Shown here piece by piece: positions 39,184 to 49,962 of a stretch of DNA of 64,000 bases. The translations under genes were made by a program, and so were the position numbers. The stretch lies in NCBI GenBank assembly GCA_963832165.1, contig CAWHTE010000003.1, positions 1 through 64,000 of the forward strand. Reading direction: 5' to 3'. The notes below the pieces were generated by a model, which worked only from the letters and a program-made list of their open reading frames with translations, did no database searches and was not told the origin of the DNA. The stretch is from an uncultured delta proteobacterium (lineage in GTDB: Bacteria > Myxococcota_A > UBA9160 > SMWR01). Positions within the stretch are counted from its first letter, which is position 1; each line of letters begins with the position of its first letter.

Positions 39184-40443
39184 CTAGGTTGGATCCAGCG
39201 CGCGCAAAAAGGAAGCGAGATTCGCGAGGTCGGGGTCCGAAAGTTCGAGCGCGCGCGGCAGTTCGTGCGGCACGGACGCCTTGTCCGGCGGATGCCGGTA
39301 GAACTCGAGTACCTGTTCGAGGGTAGAGAAGCGCCCGTCGTGCAGGTACGGAGCGGTCGACGAGAGATTGCGCAGTCCGGGCGTCCGAAACGCGCCGCGC
39401 TGCAGCGTCTGAATCTCGCTTCCGAATCCCCCGGTGGGTCCCAGGCAGTCCGAGCTGGGGGATCCATCCCGGAACCGGGTCTCGCAATTGAACTCGAAGT
39501 CGCGCAGGAGCTGCCGTCCCTGGGCGCGCCCGAGGTCCTCGTTGGGCGTCCCGAGATCGCCGGTTCCGATGTTGTGGAACAGGCGGTCCGTGAACAGCGG
39601 GCCGTGGTGACAGGAGAGACAGCCGCTGCGACCCGAGAGGAACACCTCGAGGCCGGCCACCTCGCGCGCGTCGAGATGGTCCAGCGCGTCGCGGTCGCGG
39701 CCCGCGAGCACCGCGTCCACATACGCGTCGAAGCGCGAGGGCCGCGAGCGCAGCGTGCGCTGGTAGGCCGCCAGCGCCTTGCCCAGATTCACGAAGGCGT
39801 GCGTGAGCGCGCTGCGATCGGCCTCGGGCAGCGCCGTCCAGGCCGCGCGCGCGGCGCTGTCGCCGTGCGGACCCGCGTCGGGGCGCAGCGTCTGCCAACG
39901 CACGCTCGGCAGCGGTCCGAACGCGCGCTCGTAGTGCTGCGCGAGCGACGGGTCGGCGGCGACGCGGTGCACGATCGCCGTGCGGCTTCCGCCCATCTCG
40001 TCGGGGGCCTCGAGCGGCCCCAGCGCCTGCGACCACAGGCTGTCGGCGCGCCCGTCCCAGAACAGCCAGCGCTGGTAGCCCACGTCGAGCAGCGAGGGCG
40101 CGTTCCGGCGCATCGTCGCGTGCCCGACCGAGCGCGCGCGTCCGTCGCTGAACGCGCGTTCCGGCAGATGGCAGGTCTGGCACGCGATCTCTCCGTTGCG
40201 GGAGAGCGACGGATCCGCGAACAGCGCTGCGCCGAGCGCGGCCGCGGCCGGATCGTCGCCCGCCGCATTGCCGCGGTCGGGAGGCGGCTCCGGCAGCGCC
40301 GAGATCCGCATCGTCGCGAGCAGTGCGCGCTCGCCGTCCGTCCACGAGCGGGGTACGCGCGCGTCAGCGTTCTGCGCACTGCCGCCGCACGCAGCGCACG
40401 CGAGCGCGAGCAGCAGCGCTCCTGCGCGGCTCGCGCGGATCAC
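39184..40443 (-). CDS. Di-haem cytochrome c peroxidase superfamily lipoprotein (MauG/MbnH-like)
   Basis: CQTCH, RNAPSL, FWDGRADSL, CLSCH, FRTPGLRN, PYLHDG...EFY; lipobox-like CAAC; GTG overlaps the upstream stop. Confidence 0.9.
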   Translation of the reverse strand: MIRASRAGALLLALACAACGGSAQNADARVPRSWTDGERALLATMRISALPEPPPDRGNAAGDDPAAAALGAALFADPSLSRNGEIACQTCHLPERAFSDGRARSVGHATMRRNAPSLLDVGYQRWLFWDGRADSLWSQALGPLEAPDEMGGSRTAIVHRVAADPSLAQHYERAFGPLPSVRWQTLRPDAGPHGDSAARAAWTALPEADRSALTHAFVNLGKALAAYQRTLRSRPSRFDAYVDAVLAGRDRDALDHLDAREVAGLEVFLSGRSGCLSCHHGPLFTDRLFHNIGTGDLGTPNEDLGRAQGRQLLRDFEFNCETRFRDGSPSSDCLGPTGGFGSEIQTLQRGAFRTPGLRNLSSTAPYLHDGRFSTLEQVLEFYRHPPDKASVPHELPRALELSDPDLANLASFLRALDPT

Positions 40444-41669
40444 CGCGCGGGCTCCACGCTCGAGAGCGCGCGCAGGAAGCGCTCGAGATCCTCGAGCTCG
40501 CGCTCGCGCAGACCCAGCGCGCGCAGCTCGTGGGCGGGATCCGCCGGCGGCGAGTTGTAGTAGTCGAGCACCTCGCGCAGCGTCGCGAAGCGGCCATCGT
40601 GCAGATACGGCGCGGTCTTGGCGACGTCGCGCAACGTCGGAGTCTTGTACGCGCCCTCGAGCGGGATGTGGGCGTCGCGCGAGAGGAAGCGAAGCTCGCT
40701 GCAGGCGTTCTCGGGCGCGTCGCTGTAGGGCCCCGCGCAGTTGAACACGTCGAGCAGCACTCCCTGGATGCCGAGCGCGCGCCCGAAGTCGAGCGTCGTG
40801 CCGGAGAAGGTGCCCGTGCCGAGATTGTGAAAGCCGCCGTTGGTGAGCTGCGGGCCGTTGTGGCACTGCATGCACTGCGTGCGCACGGGGTCGATGAACA
40901 GGCGCAGGCCCGAGACCTCGCGCGCATCGAGCAGCTGCGCCGCGCGGTCGGCGTGCCCCGCGCGCAGCGCGTCGACATAGAGATCGAAGCGCGAGTCGCC
41001 GGGCAGGAGCGTGCGCTCGAACGCCTCGAGCGCCTTGCCGAGGTTCGAGTACGCGCGGTCGATCTGATCGCGCCGCGCCTGCGGCAATCGCTGCCACTCC
41101 GCGCGCGCCGCGTCGCCCGCGAGCGGACCCGCGGGCTTGCTCAGTGCGGCGCCGAGCAGATCGGGGGGCAGGGGGCCGAAGATCGCCTCGTAGTCGGCGC
41201 GGTAGCGCGCGTCACTCGCGATCCGGCGCACGACTTCGGTTCGGGTCCCGCCGATCTCGTCGCTGGCTTCGAATGGAACGAGCGCTTGCGCCCAGAGCGA
41301 GTCGCGCCGGCCATCCCAGGTGAACCAGCTGCCGAACGCGGCGCCGACCACGCTCGGCGCGTTGCGGCCCGCGGGCCCCACCGAGCGCGCGCGTCCGTCG
41401 GTGTAGTGTCGCTCGGGCTGGTGGCAGGTCGCGCACGCGGTCTTGCCGGCTGCGCCGAATCCGGGATCGAAGAAGAGCCGCCGGCCGAGCGCTGCCGCGC
41501 GCGGGTCGTCCGCGACGCGATTCGAGGGCGAAGGCGGCGGCGTGCGCTCGAGTCGCAGCGAGCCGAGCACGCGCACGTCGCGCTCGCTCCACGGCGGTGT
41601 CTCTCCCGCACGCGCCGCCGTGGCAAGCGCGAGTGCGGCGAAGAGTGCCGTGGTGCAGCGCGCGCGCAT
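40440..41669 (-). CDS. Di-haem cytochrome c peroxidase superfamily protein (MauG/MbnH-like)
   Basis: CATCH, RNAPSV, WDGRRDSL, CMQCH, YKTPTLRD, PYLHDG...DYY. Confidence 0.9.
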   Translation of the reverse strand: MRARCTTALFAALALATAARAGETPPWSERDVRVLGSLRLERTPPPSPSNRVADDPRAAALGRRLFFDPGFGAAGKTACATCHQPERHYTDGRARSVGPAGRNAPSVVGAAFGSWFTWDGRRDSLWAQALVPFEASDEIGGTRTEVVRRIASDARYRADYEAIFGPLPPDLLGAALSKPAGPLAGDAARAEWQRLPQARRDQIDRAYSNLGKALEAFERTLLPGDSRFDLYVDALRAGHADRAAQLLDAREVSGLRLFIDPVRTQCMQCHNGPQLTNGGFHNLGTGTFSGTTLDFGRALGIQGVLLDVFNCAGPYSDAPENACSELRFLSRDAHIPLEGAYKTPTLRDVAKTAPYLHDGRFATLREVLDYYNSPPADPAHELRALGLRERELEDLERFLRALSSVEPAR

Positions 41670-41672
41670 GCT

Positions 41673-42113
41673 TCAGAAGTCGATCGCCATGTCGAAGCGC
41701 AGGAGATCGCGCCGCATCGCCGTCTCCACGCGCACTTCGAGCACCCAGGTGCCGTGCATGTTCAACTTCAACCCCTCGATGCGATAGAGCCCGTCGCCCA
41801 TCTCTTCGGTGACCTGCGGCTGGGTCGGGAGCCCGTGCCCGTGGCTCGGCATCCCGCCCGAGATCGAGACGAGAGCGCTTGTGACCGCGGCGCCGCCCGG
41901 CTCGCGCAGCTCGAGGATCCAGGTCTGGAACCGGCCCACCTCGACCGCACCGGATTCCGGCGCGAGCCGGCCCGTCAGGCCGCGGTCGGAGGTCGCCCGC
42001 CAGCCCGGTCGATCGGGGTCGGGCTCGGCGGGCTCGGGAGCGCGGACTTCACGGGCGCAGCCGGCGATGAAGAGGCAGGCCCACAGCGCGACGCCGATCG
42101 CGACACGTTTCAC
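41673..42113 (-). CDS. YtkA/FixH-like lipoprotein
   Basis: Lipobox IAGC; GGMPSHGHGLPTQP, MHGTW. Confidence 0.8.
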   Translation of the reverse strand: MKRVAIGVALWACLFIAGCAREVRAPEPAEPDPDRPGWRATSDRGLTGRLAPESGAVEVGRFQTWILELREPGGAAVTSALVSISGGMPSHGHGLPTQPQVTEEMGDGLYRIEGLKLNMHGTWVLEVRVETAMRRDLLRFDMAIDF

Positions 42114-42132
42114 GCGCCGATTGTACAGCGCG

Positions 42133-43641
42133 TCAGGAGCTGCGTTTCACCACCGCGAAGAACGCGCCGCCATCGCGCCGCAGCGCGAGCAGAGCCTTGT
42201 CGTCGGCCTTGCTGAGCTTCGTCTCCGCATCGAGCCCGTCCGCGACACGCTTGCGGTCGACTTCCTCGATCACGTCGCCCAGGCGCAGCCCCGCGTTCGC
42301 GGCGGGACTGCCCGGGTAGACACCCGTGATCACGGCGCCGCCTTTCGCGACCTCGAGCTTTCCACGGAGTTCGTCTGGCACGTCCGTGATGTCGAAGCCG
42401 AACGCGGTCGATCCGTGCTCGTCGGACGGCTCCGCGCGCGCCACGGGCGGCGGTGCCTCCTCTTTGAGCTCGGCGACCTCGACCGTCTTCGTCAGCTCCT
42501 TGCGGTCGCGGAGCAGCGCGAGCTTCACCGTCGTACCGGGCTTCGCCGCGGCGACCGCGCGCGGCAGGTCGCGCGTCCGCACGATCTCGGTCTCACCGAA
42601 GCCCACGATCAGGTCGCCGCGCTCGAGGCCCGCTTTCGCTGCGGGACCGTTCGGAGCGACCTCCGACACGAGCGCGCCTTTCTGCGTCGAGAGATCCAGC
42701 GCCTCGGCGATGTCGGGGGTCGCGGATTGCACCGCGACGCCGAGCCAGCCGCGCACGACGCGTCCCTCCTTCTCGAGCTGCGGCAGGATCTCCTTGGCCA
42801 TCTGGCTCGGCACCGCGAAGCCGATCGTGTTGGCCTGCGGGTTGATCGCGGTGTTGATGCCGACCACTTCGCCCTTGAGGTCGAGCAGCGGGCCGCCCGA
42901 GTTGCCCGGGTTGATCGCAGCGTCGGTCTGGATGAAGTCGTCGTAGGGACCCTGGCCGATGTCGCGGCCCGTCGCAGAGACGATGCCCGCGGTGACGGTG
43001 TGGTCGAGGCCGAACGGATTGCCGACCGCGATCACCCAGTCGCCCGGCAACAGCGCCGTCGAGTCGCCGAGCGGCAATGCCGTGTAGGCGCGCTTGGCCT
43101 TCGCACGGATCAGCGCGATCTCGGTCTTCGGATCGGTCCCGACGACGGTCGCCTCGGAGTGCGTGCCGTCCTGGAACACGACGTCGATCTTCTGCACGCC
43201 GGCGACGACGTGGTGATTGGTCACGATCAGGCCCGAGTCCGAGATCACGAAGCCCGTTCCGAGGCTCGGCACGGTGACGCGGCGCTGCGCGGGCGGGTCG
43301 AGCGGAGAGCGCGGTTCCGCGAGCCCGCCGCGCTGTCCGAACAAGCCGCCGAACAACTCGTCCAGCCCCCCGAGATCGGGCGCGTCGATCGTCTTCTCGG
43401 TGTGCACGTTGACGACGCCCGGCGCGACGGCGCGTGCGAGGATCGCGAAGCGCGAGTGCGCGCCGTCCCCTGCGATGGCGACGTCGGGCAGATCCCCGTG
43501 CGCGGCGATCGGCGCCGCCATCTCTGCGTGCGCGCTCGTCGGCCCGACCGCGCTCGTGAAGGCGATACCGAGTCCTGCAGTGCAACCCGCGGCGAGCGCG
43601 ATTCCCGCAGCGAACCAGCGGATGCTTCCGGCAGCGATCAT
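42133..43641 (-). CDS. degP: DegP/HtrA (Do) serine protease with two PDZ domains
   Basis: LGTGFVI, TNHHV, QTDAAINPGNSGGPL, RGWLGV. Confidence 0.93.
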   Translation of the reverse strand: MIAAGSIRWFAAGIALAAGCTAGLGIAFTSAVGPTSAHAEMAAPIAAHGDLPDVAIAGDGAHSRFAILARAVAPGVVNVHTEKTIDAPDLGGLDELFGGLFGQRGGLAEPRSPLDPPAQRRVTVPSLGTGFVISDSGLIVTNHHVVAGVQKIDVVFQDGTHSEATVVGTDPKTEIALIRAKAKRAYTALPLGDSTALLPGDWVIAVGNPFGLDHTVTAGIVSATGRDIGQGPYDDFIQTDAAINPGNSGGPLLDLKGEVVGINTAINPQANTIGFAVPSQMAKEILPQLEKEGRVVRGWLGVAVQSATPDIAEALDLSTQKGALVSEVAPNGPAAKAGLERGDLIVGFGETEIVRTRDLPRAVAAAKPGTTVKLALLRDRKELTKTVEVAELKEEAPPPVARAEPSDEHGSTAFGFDITDVPDELRGKLEVAKGGAVITGVYPGSPAANAGLRLGDVIEEVDRKRVADGLDAETKLSKADDKALLALRRDGGAFFAVVKRSS

Positions 43642-43886
43642 GGCGAGTCCTCCGCAGTCCGTTCACCTTTGAAGAAACTGCACCTGTGCCGAGCCCGGAG
43701 ATGCGGGCTCAGCGCCGCTCATCGCACTCGGACATCTGCACGTGCAGCACAGCAAGCCACGTGCCACTCCTCTGGGTCGGCCGAGTGTGTGGTGGTGCTC
43801 CGTCGCCCGCGCGGTGCCTTCTCCGCCGTCGGGAGACGGGTTTCCGGTTTCGGATGCCCCATCTTCGATACCTGCATGGACGACTG

Positions 43887-43914
43887 TTGACATAACATCT
43901 AATACAGCTAGTTT
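43887..43914 (+). promoter_or_regulatory. Sigma70-type promoter of RAYT copy 2
   Basis: TTGACA-16 nt-TAGTTT, ending 6 nt before the ATG at 43921. Confidence 0.65.
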
Positions 43915-43920
43915 CAAGTT

Positions 43921-44607
43921 ATGACGAAGCGACTCGAACAGCTCGAGCTGACGTTCCGCAGCCATGGCGGCAAGCGAGACGGAGCCGGGCGCAAGCCGGC
44001 CTCGACGCGCCCGCCCGTACATCACGTCCGGCGGCCGAAGGTGCCCAAGGGAAGTCCGGCACACGTCACGCTACGCGTGCGGCGCGATGTGCCTTCGCTG
44101 CGCAGCCGCCGCTTCTTCCGCGACTTTCAGGAGCGACTGCGCGCCGGCTGCGAGCGCGGCGAGTTCCGCGTCTGCCACTTCTCGATTCAGCCCGATCATG
44201 TGCACCTGGTGGTGGAGGCTGCCGGCAAGGAGGCCCTGGGTCGCGGGATGAAGTCGGTCGGGATCCGTCTCGCGCGGGCCGTGAACCGGGTGTTCGGACG
44301 AAAGGGTCCGGTGCTGTTCGGGCGCTACCACCTGCGCGTGCTGCGCACGCCGCGTGAGGTGCGGAATGCGCTCGCGTACGTCCTGCTGAACGCGCGCAAG
44401 CATTGGCAGAAGCGGAACGGGAGCGCTCCGCCGGTCTTGGTCGACATCGCGTCGTCCGGCGCCTGGTTCGACGGCTGGAAGCGGCCGCCGCCCACCCCGG
44501 ATCCCAAAGGCACGCCTCCGGTGGCGCCAGCTCGATTCTGGCTCTTGAGGGAAGGATGGCGCCGCCGTGGGTTGGTGGATCCCGCAGAGGTTCCGGGCAG
44601 CGCGTAG
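43921..44607 (+). mobile_element. Y1 HUH tyrosine transposase, RAYT/IS200-like (copy 2)
   Basis: HVTLR, DHVHLVVEA, NALAYVLLNARKH; clear paralog of 3097-3792. Confidence 0.87.
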
Positions 44608-44651
44608 GGCAGGTGAAGCCCGGCCGAAAGGGCTCGCTTGGCTCGGGTCGC

Positions 44652-45539
44652 TCAGGATGACAATACGCGAGCAATGTCGAGTCGCGAGGAGTTCCACTCA
44701 TCGCGTGGCTCGGCGGCTGCGCGTGCGAAGGTCCAGAGCCGAACGCTCTCTGCGTCGACGCCGAGGAGGTCCACGAAGCGATCGATCGTCTCGTTGGGCT
44801 TGGCGAGCAGTCGCTCCACGCAGTAGAACAGGTGCTGCGTAGCGTCGTACGCGGGGTCACCGACGAATGGCTTGGGGTCGATCATCAGCCATGGCTCGCG
44901 GCGCGCTCGCAAGATGTTTCCCGCGTGAAGATCGGTCACCAGGAGAACGCTTGCAGACGCCGACCGAGGAAGTTCCTCGAAGAGCGCTAGTCCGGCACGC
45001 ACGAGACCGGGGTCGATCCAGTGCTCGGCGTCGGCCAGCGTCTCCGTCGCCCAGTGAGCCAGCATCGCCGTCAACGGACGGAACGGATGCAAGTCGGCCG
45101 GGGCGCGCCAGAGCCTCCGAAGCAAGCTTGCGACGATTACGTCTTGATCCGGCTCTGGACGCTCGCGCAGCAGCGTGCCGGGCTCACAGCGCTCGAGGAG
45201 CATCGCGCCGACTGACTCGTCGGCCTCGAGGAGACGAACGGTCCCGTCGCCGTTCCAGAGACACAGGCCGGCGATTTCGTGATCTCCCTCCATATGGGGC
45301 ATTCGGATCTTGAGCACGGCGCGGACACCGACGCTACGAGTCGCGGGCGCGACCCACGCCGCGCCTCCCTCGTCGGTGTCGAACGGGGTATCGATCGTGA
45401 GTGACCAACGATCGCCGAGATCACGCACCACTCCGGGCAGCCGCTCGAGCCACGCGGAGCGTTCCGGAGTCTTGCGGCAGTTGCGGGCGAGAGAACTGGG
45501 GATGATCACGGCTATGCCACTGCGGCCGGTAGTGCGCAA
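44652..45539 (-). CDS. Aminoglycoside/hydroxyurea resistance kinase (APH(6)-like)
   Basis: AVLK, MLLERCEPG, TDLHAGNIL, IDPKPFVGDPAYD; start uncertain. Confidence 0.88.
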   Translation of the reverse strand: MRTTGRSGIAVIIPSSLARNCRKTPERSAWLERLPGVVRDLGDRWSLTIDTPFDTDEGGAAWVAPATRSVGVRAVLKIRMPHMEGDHEIAGLCLWNGDGTVRLLEADESVGAMLLERCEPGTLLRERPEPDQDVIVASLLRRLWRAPADLHPFRPLTAMLAHWATETLADAEHWIDPGLVRAGLALFEELPRSASASVLLVTDLHAGNILRARREPWLMIDPKPFVGDPAYDATQHLFYCVERLLAKPNETIDRFVDLLGVDAESVRLWTFARAAAEPRDEWNSSRLDIARVLSS

Positions 45540-45544
45540 CTAGT

Positions 45545-47567
45545 CTAGTGCCGTGGACCCTCGCTCGGAACCGCCGCCGTCGGCCCGCTCTCGAGCGGCG
45601 GCGCGGGCGGAAGTCCCGTCACCTCGAGGATCTCGCGCTCGTCGAGCGTCTCGCGCTCGAGCAGCGCGGCGACCAGCGCGTCGAGCGGCTTGCGGTGCTC
45701 GGAGAGCAGCCGCACGGCATCCTCGTGGCTCTCGCCGATGATGCGCTGCACCTCGGAGTCGATCACGCGCGCGGTCTCCTCGGAAAACGGCGGGTCGGCG
45801 CCGCATTCCTGCGACACTGCCGAGGAACGGGTTCGCGCGCGGCGCGAGCTGTACGAGCCCGAGCGCGTCGCTCATTCCCCAGCGCGTGACCATGTTGCGC
45901 GCGATCTGGGTGGCCTGCTCGATGTCGTTCTCCGCGCCCGTGGTGCGCGTGCCGTAGACGATCTCCTCGGCGGCGCGTCCGCCGAGCATGCCCACGATAC
46001 GCGCGCGCAGATAGCCCTCGGGATAGTTGTAGCGGTCGCTCTCGGGGCGCTGATAGGTCACGCCGAGCGCCTGGCCGCGCGGCACGATCGTCACGCGGTT
46101 CACGGGATCGGCGCCGGGCACGACCAGCCCCAGGATCGCGTGCCCGCCCTCGTGGTAGGCGATGCGCTCGCGGTCGGCGCGCGAGAGCAGGAGAGGGCGC
46201 TCGGGCCCCAGGATGATCTTCTCGAGCGCATCGATGAAGTCCTTCTGCCGCACTTCGTCCTGCTCGCGGCGCGCCGCGAGCAGCGCGGCTTCGTTCACGA
46301 GGTTGCGCAGGTCCGCACCCGAGAGTCCCGGCGTGGTCGACGCGAGCTCGGTCATGTCGACGTCTTTCGCGAGCGGGATCCCGCGCGTGTGGACCGCGAG
46401 GATCGCCTCGCGGCCGGCCTTGTCGGGAAGGTTCACGACGACGCGGCGATCGAAGCGGCCGGGCCGCAGCAACGCCCGGTCGAGCACCTCGGGCTGGTTC
46501 GTCGCCGCGAGCACGATGATGCCCTCGCGGCTCGAGAAGCCGTCCATCTCGGTGAGGATCTGGTTGAGCGTCTGCTCCTGCTCGCTCGAGCCCCCGATCG
46601 CCACGGCGCCGCGCGCGCGGCCGATCGAATCGATCTCGTCGATGAAGATGATCGCGGGTGCGTGCTCGCGCGCCTGCTTGAACAGATCGCGCACGCGCGC
46701 CGCACCCACGCCGACGATCATCTCCACGAACTCCGCGGCGCTCATCGAGAAGAACGGAACGCCCGCCTCGCCCGCGACGGCCCGCGCGAGCAGCGTCTTT
46801 CCGGTTCCGGGCGCACCCACGAGCAGCACGCCCTTGGGCGCCGTGCCGCCGAGCCGCGTGTACTTCTTCGGATCGCGCAGAAAGTCGACGATCTCGACCA
46901 GCTCGTTCTCGGCCTCGTCGATGCCCGCGACGTCTTCGAACGTGACGCGCCCGGTCGCCTCCGTGTCGTAACGGCGCGCGCGGCTGCGCCCGATGCCCAT
47001 GAGGCCGCCGCCCTGCGCGGCCGCGCGCCGGAACATGAACACGTAGAAGCCGATCAACAGGATGGCGGGCCCGAAGCCGTAGAGCAGCGTCGACCACCAG
47101 CTGCTCGACTGGATCGGGACCGCGCTGATCTCGACGCCGTGCTTGATCAGGAAGTCCTCGAGGCCCGGGTCGACGAACGCAGGCAGCGTCGTGGTGAACT
47201 CGCTCGCGGTGCGCGGCGCGGATGGAGCCGCAAGGCCGAACCCCATCGGCTCGTCTCGCTGCGCGGCCATGTCTTCCGCGGCTGGCTCCTTCTTCTCGGG
47301 CGGCCACGTGACCGGCGCCGCAAAGCGGCCCTCGATGCTCTCGCCGCGGCTGTAGATCGACTCGACGTTGCGCTTCGCGACTTCCTGCTTGAACGCCGTG
47401 TAGGGCACGGTGATCGGCTCGGAAGCGGGAAAGAAGAGCCGCATCACGAGGAAGTTCGCGATCAGCGCGGCCAGGAATGCCATCCAGATCTGGCGCGGCG
47501 GCAGGACCGTCTGCCTGGGCGTCTTGGGCTCTCCGGGCTCTGCCTTGCGTCGTTCCATCGCCATCAC
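45545..47567 (-). CDS. ftsH: ATP-dependent zinc metalloprotease FtsH, +1 frameshift at about 45805
   Basis: Two TMs; [28 protein letters not shown]; canonical tail [13 protein letters not shown]...LLERETLD lies in the 45545..45817 frame. Confidence 0.92.
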
Positions 47568-47614
47568 CCGACTACTCTGCGATCGCGGTTCGGTTCCGGT
47601 TCAGCATATCGCCA

Positions 47615-48793
47615 TCAGACGTGGCGCAACGCGGCCACGATCTCGAGCCGCGACGCCGAGCGCGCGGGCAGGAAGCCGCCCACGGCGCCGATCGCGAGCG
47701 CCATCGCCATGCCCTGCGCGGCGTTCGCGGGACCGATCGCGAGCTCGAACGAGAGGCTCACGAGCGAGAACGCGACGCCGTCCCACGCGAACGCGAGCAG
47801 CACACCGATCGCGCCGCCGAAGAGCGACACCATTGCGCTCTCGATCAGGAGTGCGGCGCCGACGCGCCAGCGCCCGAAGCCGAGCGCGCGCAGCGTTCCC
47901 ATCTCCCGGATCCGCCGGCTCATCGTCGCGTACATCGTGTTCGCGCCCGCCACCACCGCGCCGAGCCCGAGCAGTGCGCCGATCAGATTGCCCAGGTAGA
48001 CGAACGCGGTCGACACGCGCTGCATCTGCGCGTAGTAGTCGGGCTCGGTCTTCGCCGACGCGTTGACCGAGCGCGACTGCTCGATCTGATCGACGAGCGT
48101 CCGCGCGGCCTGCGCATCCGCCGCGCGCAGCACCACGGCGGAGGCCTCGCGGTCGCCGCTCTTGCCGCGCAGATCCTCGAGCGTCATCCAGATCTCGCTC
48201 TCGAAGAACTGGCCTTCGGCGGAGAGCACGCCGACCACGCGGTGCGGGCGGCCCTCGACGAGGATCTCGCTGCCGATCCCGATCGCGCCGAGGTTCTCCG
48301 TGACGAGCCGGCCCATCAAGAGCTCGCCGGGTGCGGACGGGAACCGCCCCGCGCTGATCCGCAGGCCCGGATGCACGAGCAGCGCCGCCGGCGTGACCCC
48401 GCGCAGCGTCATGTAGCGCTGGGACGCCGGATCGTCGGGAGGCAGGCCCGGGATCGGGATCCGCCGCATCGCGAGCAGCTCGACGCTCGCGAGCGGCTCG
48501 CCGCTCGCGTCGCGCAGGGCGCCGGGCACATAGCGCGCCGCGTTCACGGTCGGAGCATCGAGGCGCGAGCTCTCGGCGCTGCCCGAGCCCTTCGAGAGCA
48601 CGATCACGTTCGCGGGGTTGCCCGTGCTCGCGGCGATCCCGCGAAGCGAATCGGCGGTGGCGCCCATCACGACGTAGACCATCACCGAGATCGCCACGCC
48701 GAACGCGGTGACGGCGGTGGCGCTGCGGTGCGCCCACGCGTTGCGCCAGGCATAGCGCAGCGGCAGCGAGATCCGGGACCAGCGCGGGCTCAT
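47615..48793 (-). CDS. ABC transporter permease (MacB/FtsX-like)
   Basis: RRIREMGTLRALGF; 1+3 TM layout; GGFLPARSASRL. Confidence 0.9.
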   Translation of the reverse strand: MSPRWSRISLPLRYAWRNAWAHRSATAVTAFGVAISVMVYVVMGATADSLRGIAASTGNPANVIVLSKGSGSAESSRLDAPTVNAARYVPGALRDASGEPLASVELLAMRRIPIPGLPPDDPASQRYMTLRGVTPAALLVHPGLRISAGRFPSAPGELLMGRLVTENLGAIGIGSEILVEGRPHRVVGVLSAEGQFFESEIWMTLEDLRGKSGDREASAVVLRAADAQAARTLVDQIEQSRSVNASAKTEPDYYAQMQRVSTAFVYLGNLIGALLGLGAVVAGANTMYATMSRRIREMGTLRALGFGRWRVGAALLIESAMVSLFGGAIGVLLAFAWDGVAFSLVSLSFELAIGPANAAQGMAMALAIGAVGGFLPARSASRLEIVAALRHV

Positions 48794-49962
48794 TCGCTGT
48801 ACCGGAGCGCGTCGCTGATCGGCATGCGCACCGCGCGGAGGGCGGGGGGAGCGCCCGCGAGCAGGCCGAGCGGAATCGAGAGCAGCGCCGCGCGCACCAG
48901 GACCGAGACGTCGCTCTTGTAGACGAAGCCCGCGCCGGGGATCTCGACGCGCCCGGTCGCAAACACCGCGTAGGCCGCGAGCGCGCCGATCGTGCCTCCC
49001 ACCACCGCCACCGCGAGCGCCTCGGCGAGCACGAGGCTGATCACGCGCGCGTGGCCGTAGCCCATCGCGCGCAGCGTGCCGATCTCGCGCGTGCGCTCGC
49101 GCACGCCCACCGCGATGCTGTTCGCCACCACGAGCAGCGTCACCGCGAGCGCGAGGTAGCCGACGATGCGCAGGCCGTCGCGCGCATCGGAGAGGCTCGC
49201 GATGAAGGGCGCGATGTGCGCCTTCTCCGTGACGGTCTCGGTCGGCATCGTGTAGTTGGCGAAGCGGAGGTCGATCGCCTCGGCCACCGCGGATGCGATC
49301 CCGGCATCACGCGCGAGCACCTGGATGAACGAGACGCGGCCGCCGCTGCCCTGCACCTCCTCGAGATAGTCGAGCTGCACCAGCGCCACACGGTCGAGCC
49401 GGTCGCCGCGTGCGATGTCGCCGCGGATCGTGAAGGTGAGGTCGGGGCTGCGCGCGCGGCCGCCGATCGTCACGCGATCCCCGATCTTCCAGCCGTTGTC
49501 CTCGAGCATGCGCGCGCCCACGACCGCCGCGTCGCGCTCGGTCAGGAACGCGCGCAGCTCGCTGCCGGTCACGCCGGTGGGGATGCCGAGCTTCAGGTGC
49601 GAGTCGGGCAGGATGCCCATCGCCACCGCATAGCTTCCCTCCTCGCGTCCGGAGCCGAAGTGGAAGCGCACCGGCGAGGCGGCCACCACGCCCGGCATCT
49701 CCTCGATCGCCCGGGCGTAGCTCGCCGGCAGCTGCGCGCGCCAGTAGTCCGGGTCGGCCGCGCGCGTGAACAGGAGCGCGTCGCGCGATGCGCCGGAGAC
49801 CAGGTGGCTCATCGAGTAGAGCAGGCTCTCGAGCGACGTGAACAGGAAGAATGCGATCACGAGCCCGAGGAAGGTGAGCGAGGTGCGGCGCGGGTTGCGG
49901 CGCAGCTGGCGCGCGACCAGCGGCGCCTGCCGGGCGATCTCCGTGAAGAGCTTCGGCGTCAC
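48790..49962 (-). CDS. ABC transporter permease (MacB/FtsX-like)
   Basis: RNPRRTSLT, RERTREIGTLRAMGY; GTGA overlap with the ATPase stop. Confidence 0.9.
   Translation of the reverse strand: MTPKLFTEIARQAPLVARQLRRNPRRTSLTFLGLVIAFFLFTSLESLLYSMSHLVSGASRDALLFTRAADPDYWRAQLPASYARAIEEMPGVVAASPVRFHFGSGREEGSYAVAMGILPDSHLKLGIPTGVTGSELRAFLTERDAAVVGARMLEDNGWKIGDRVTIGGRARSPDLTFTIRGDIARGDRLDRVALVQLDYLEEVQGSGGRVSFIQVLARDAGIASAVAEAIDLRFANYTMPTETVTEKAHIAPFIASLSDARDGLRIVGYLALAVTLLVVANSIAVGVRERTREIGTLRAMGYGHARVISLVLAEALAVAVVGGTIGALAAYAVFATGRVEIPGAGFVYKSDVSVLVRAALLSIPLGLLAGAPPALRAVRMPISDALRYSE

Noticed and set aside
43650..43880. ncRNA or riboswitch between degP and RAYT copy 2
   Set aside because: Only a short hairpin (GAGCCCG/CGGGCTC); no recognisable family motif
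44652..45539. Acquired streptomycin resistance gene
   Set aside because: Only family-level motifs; the substrate cannot be assigned from sequence
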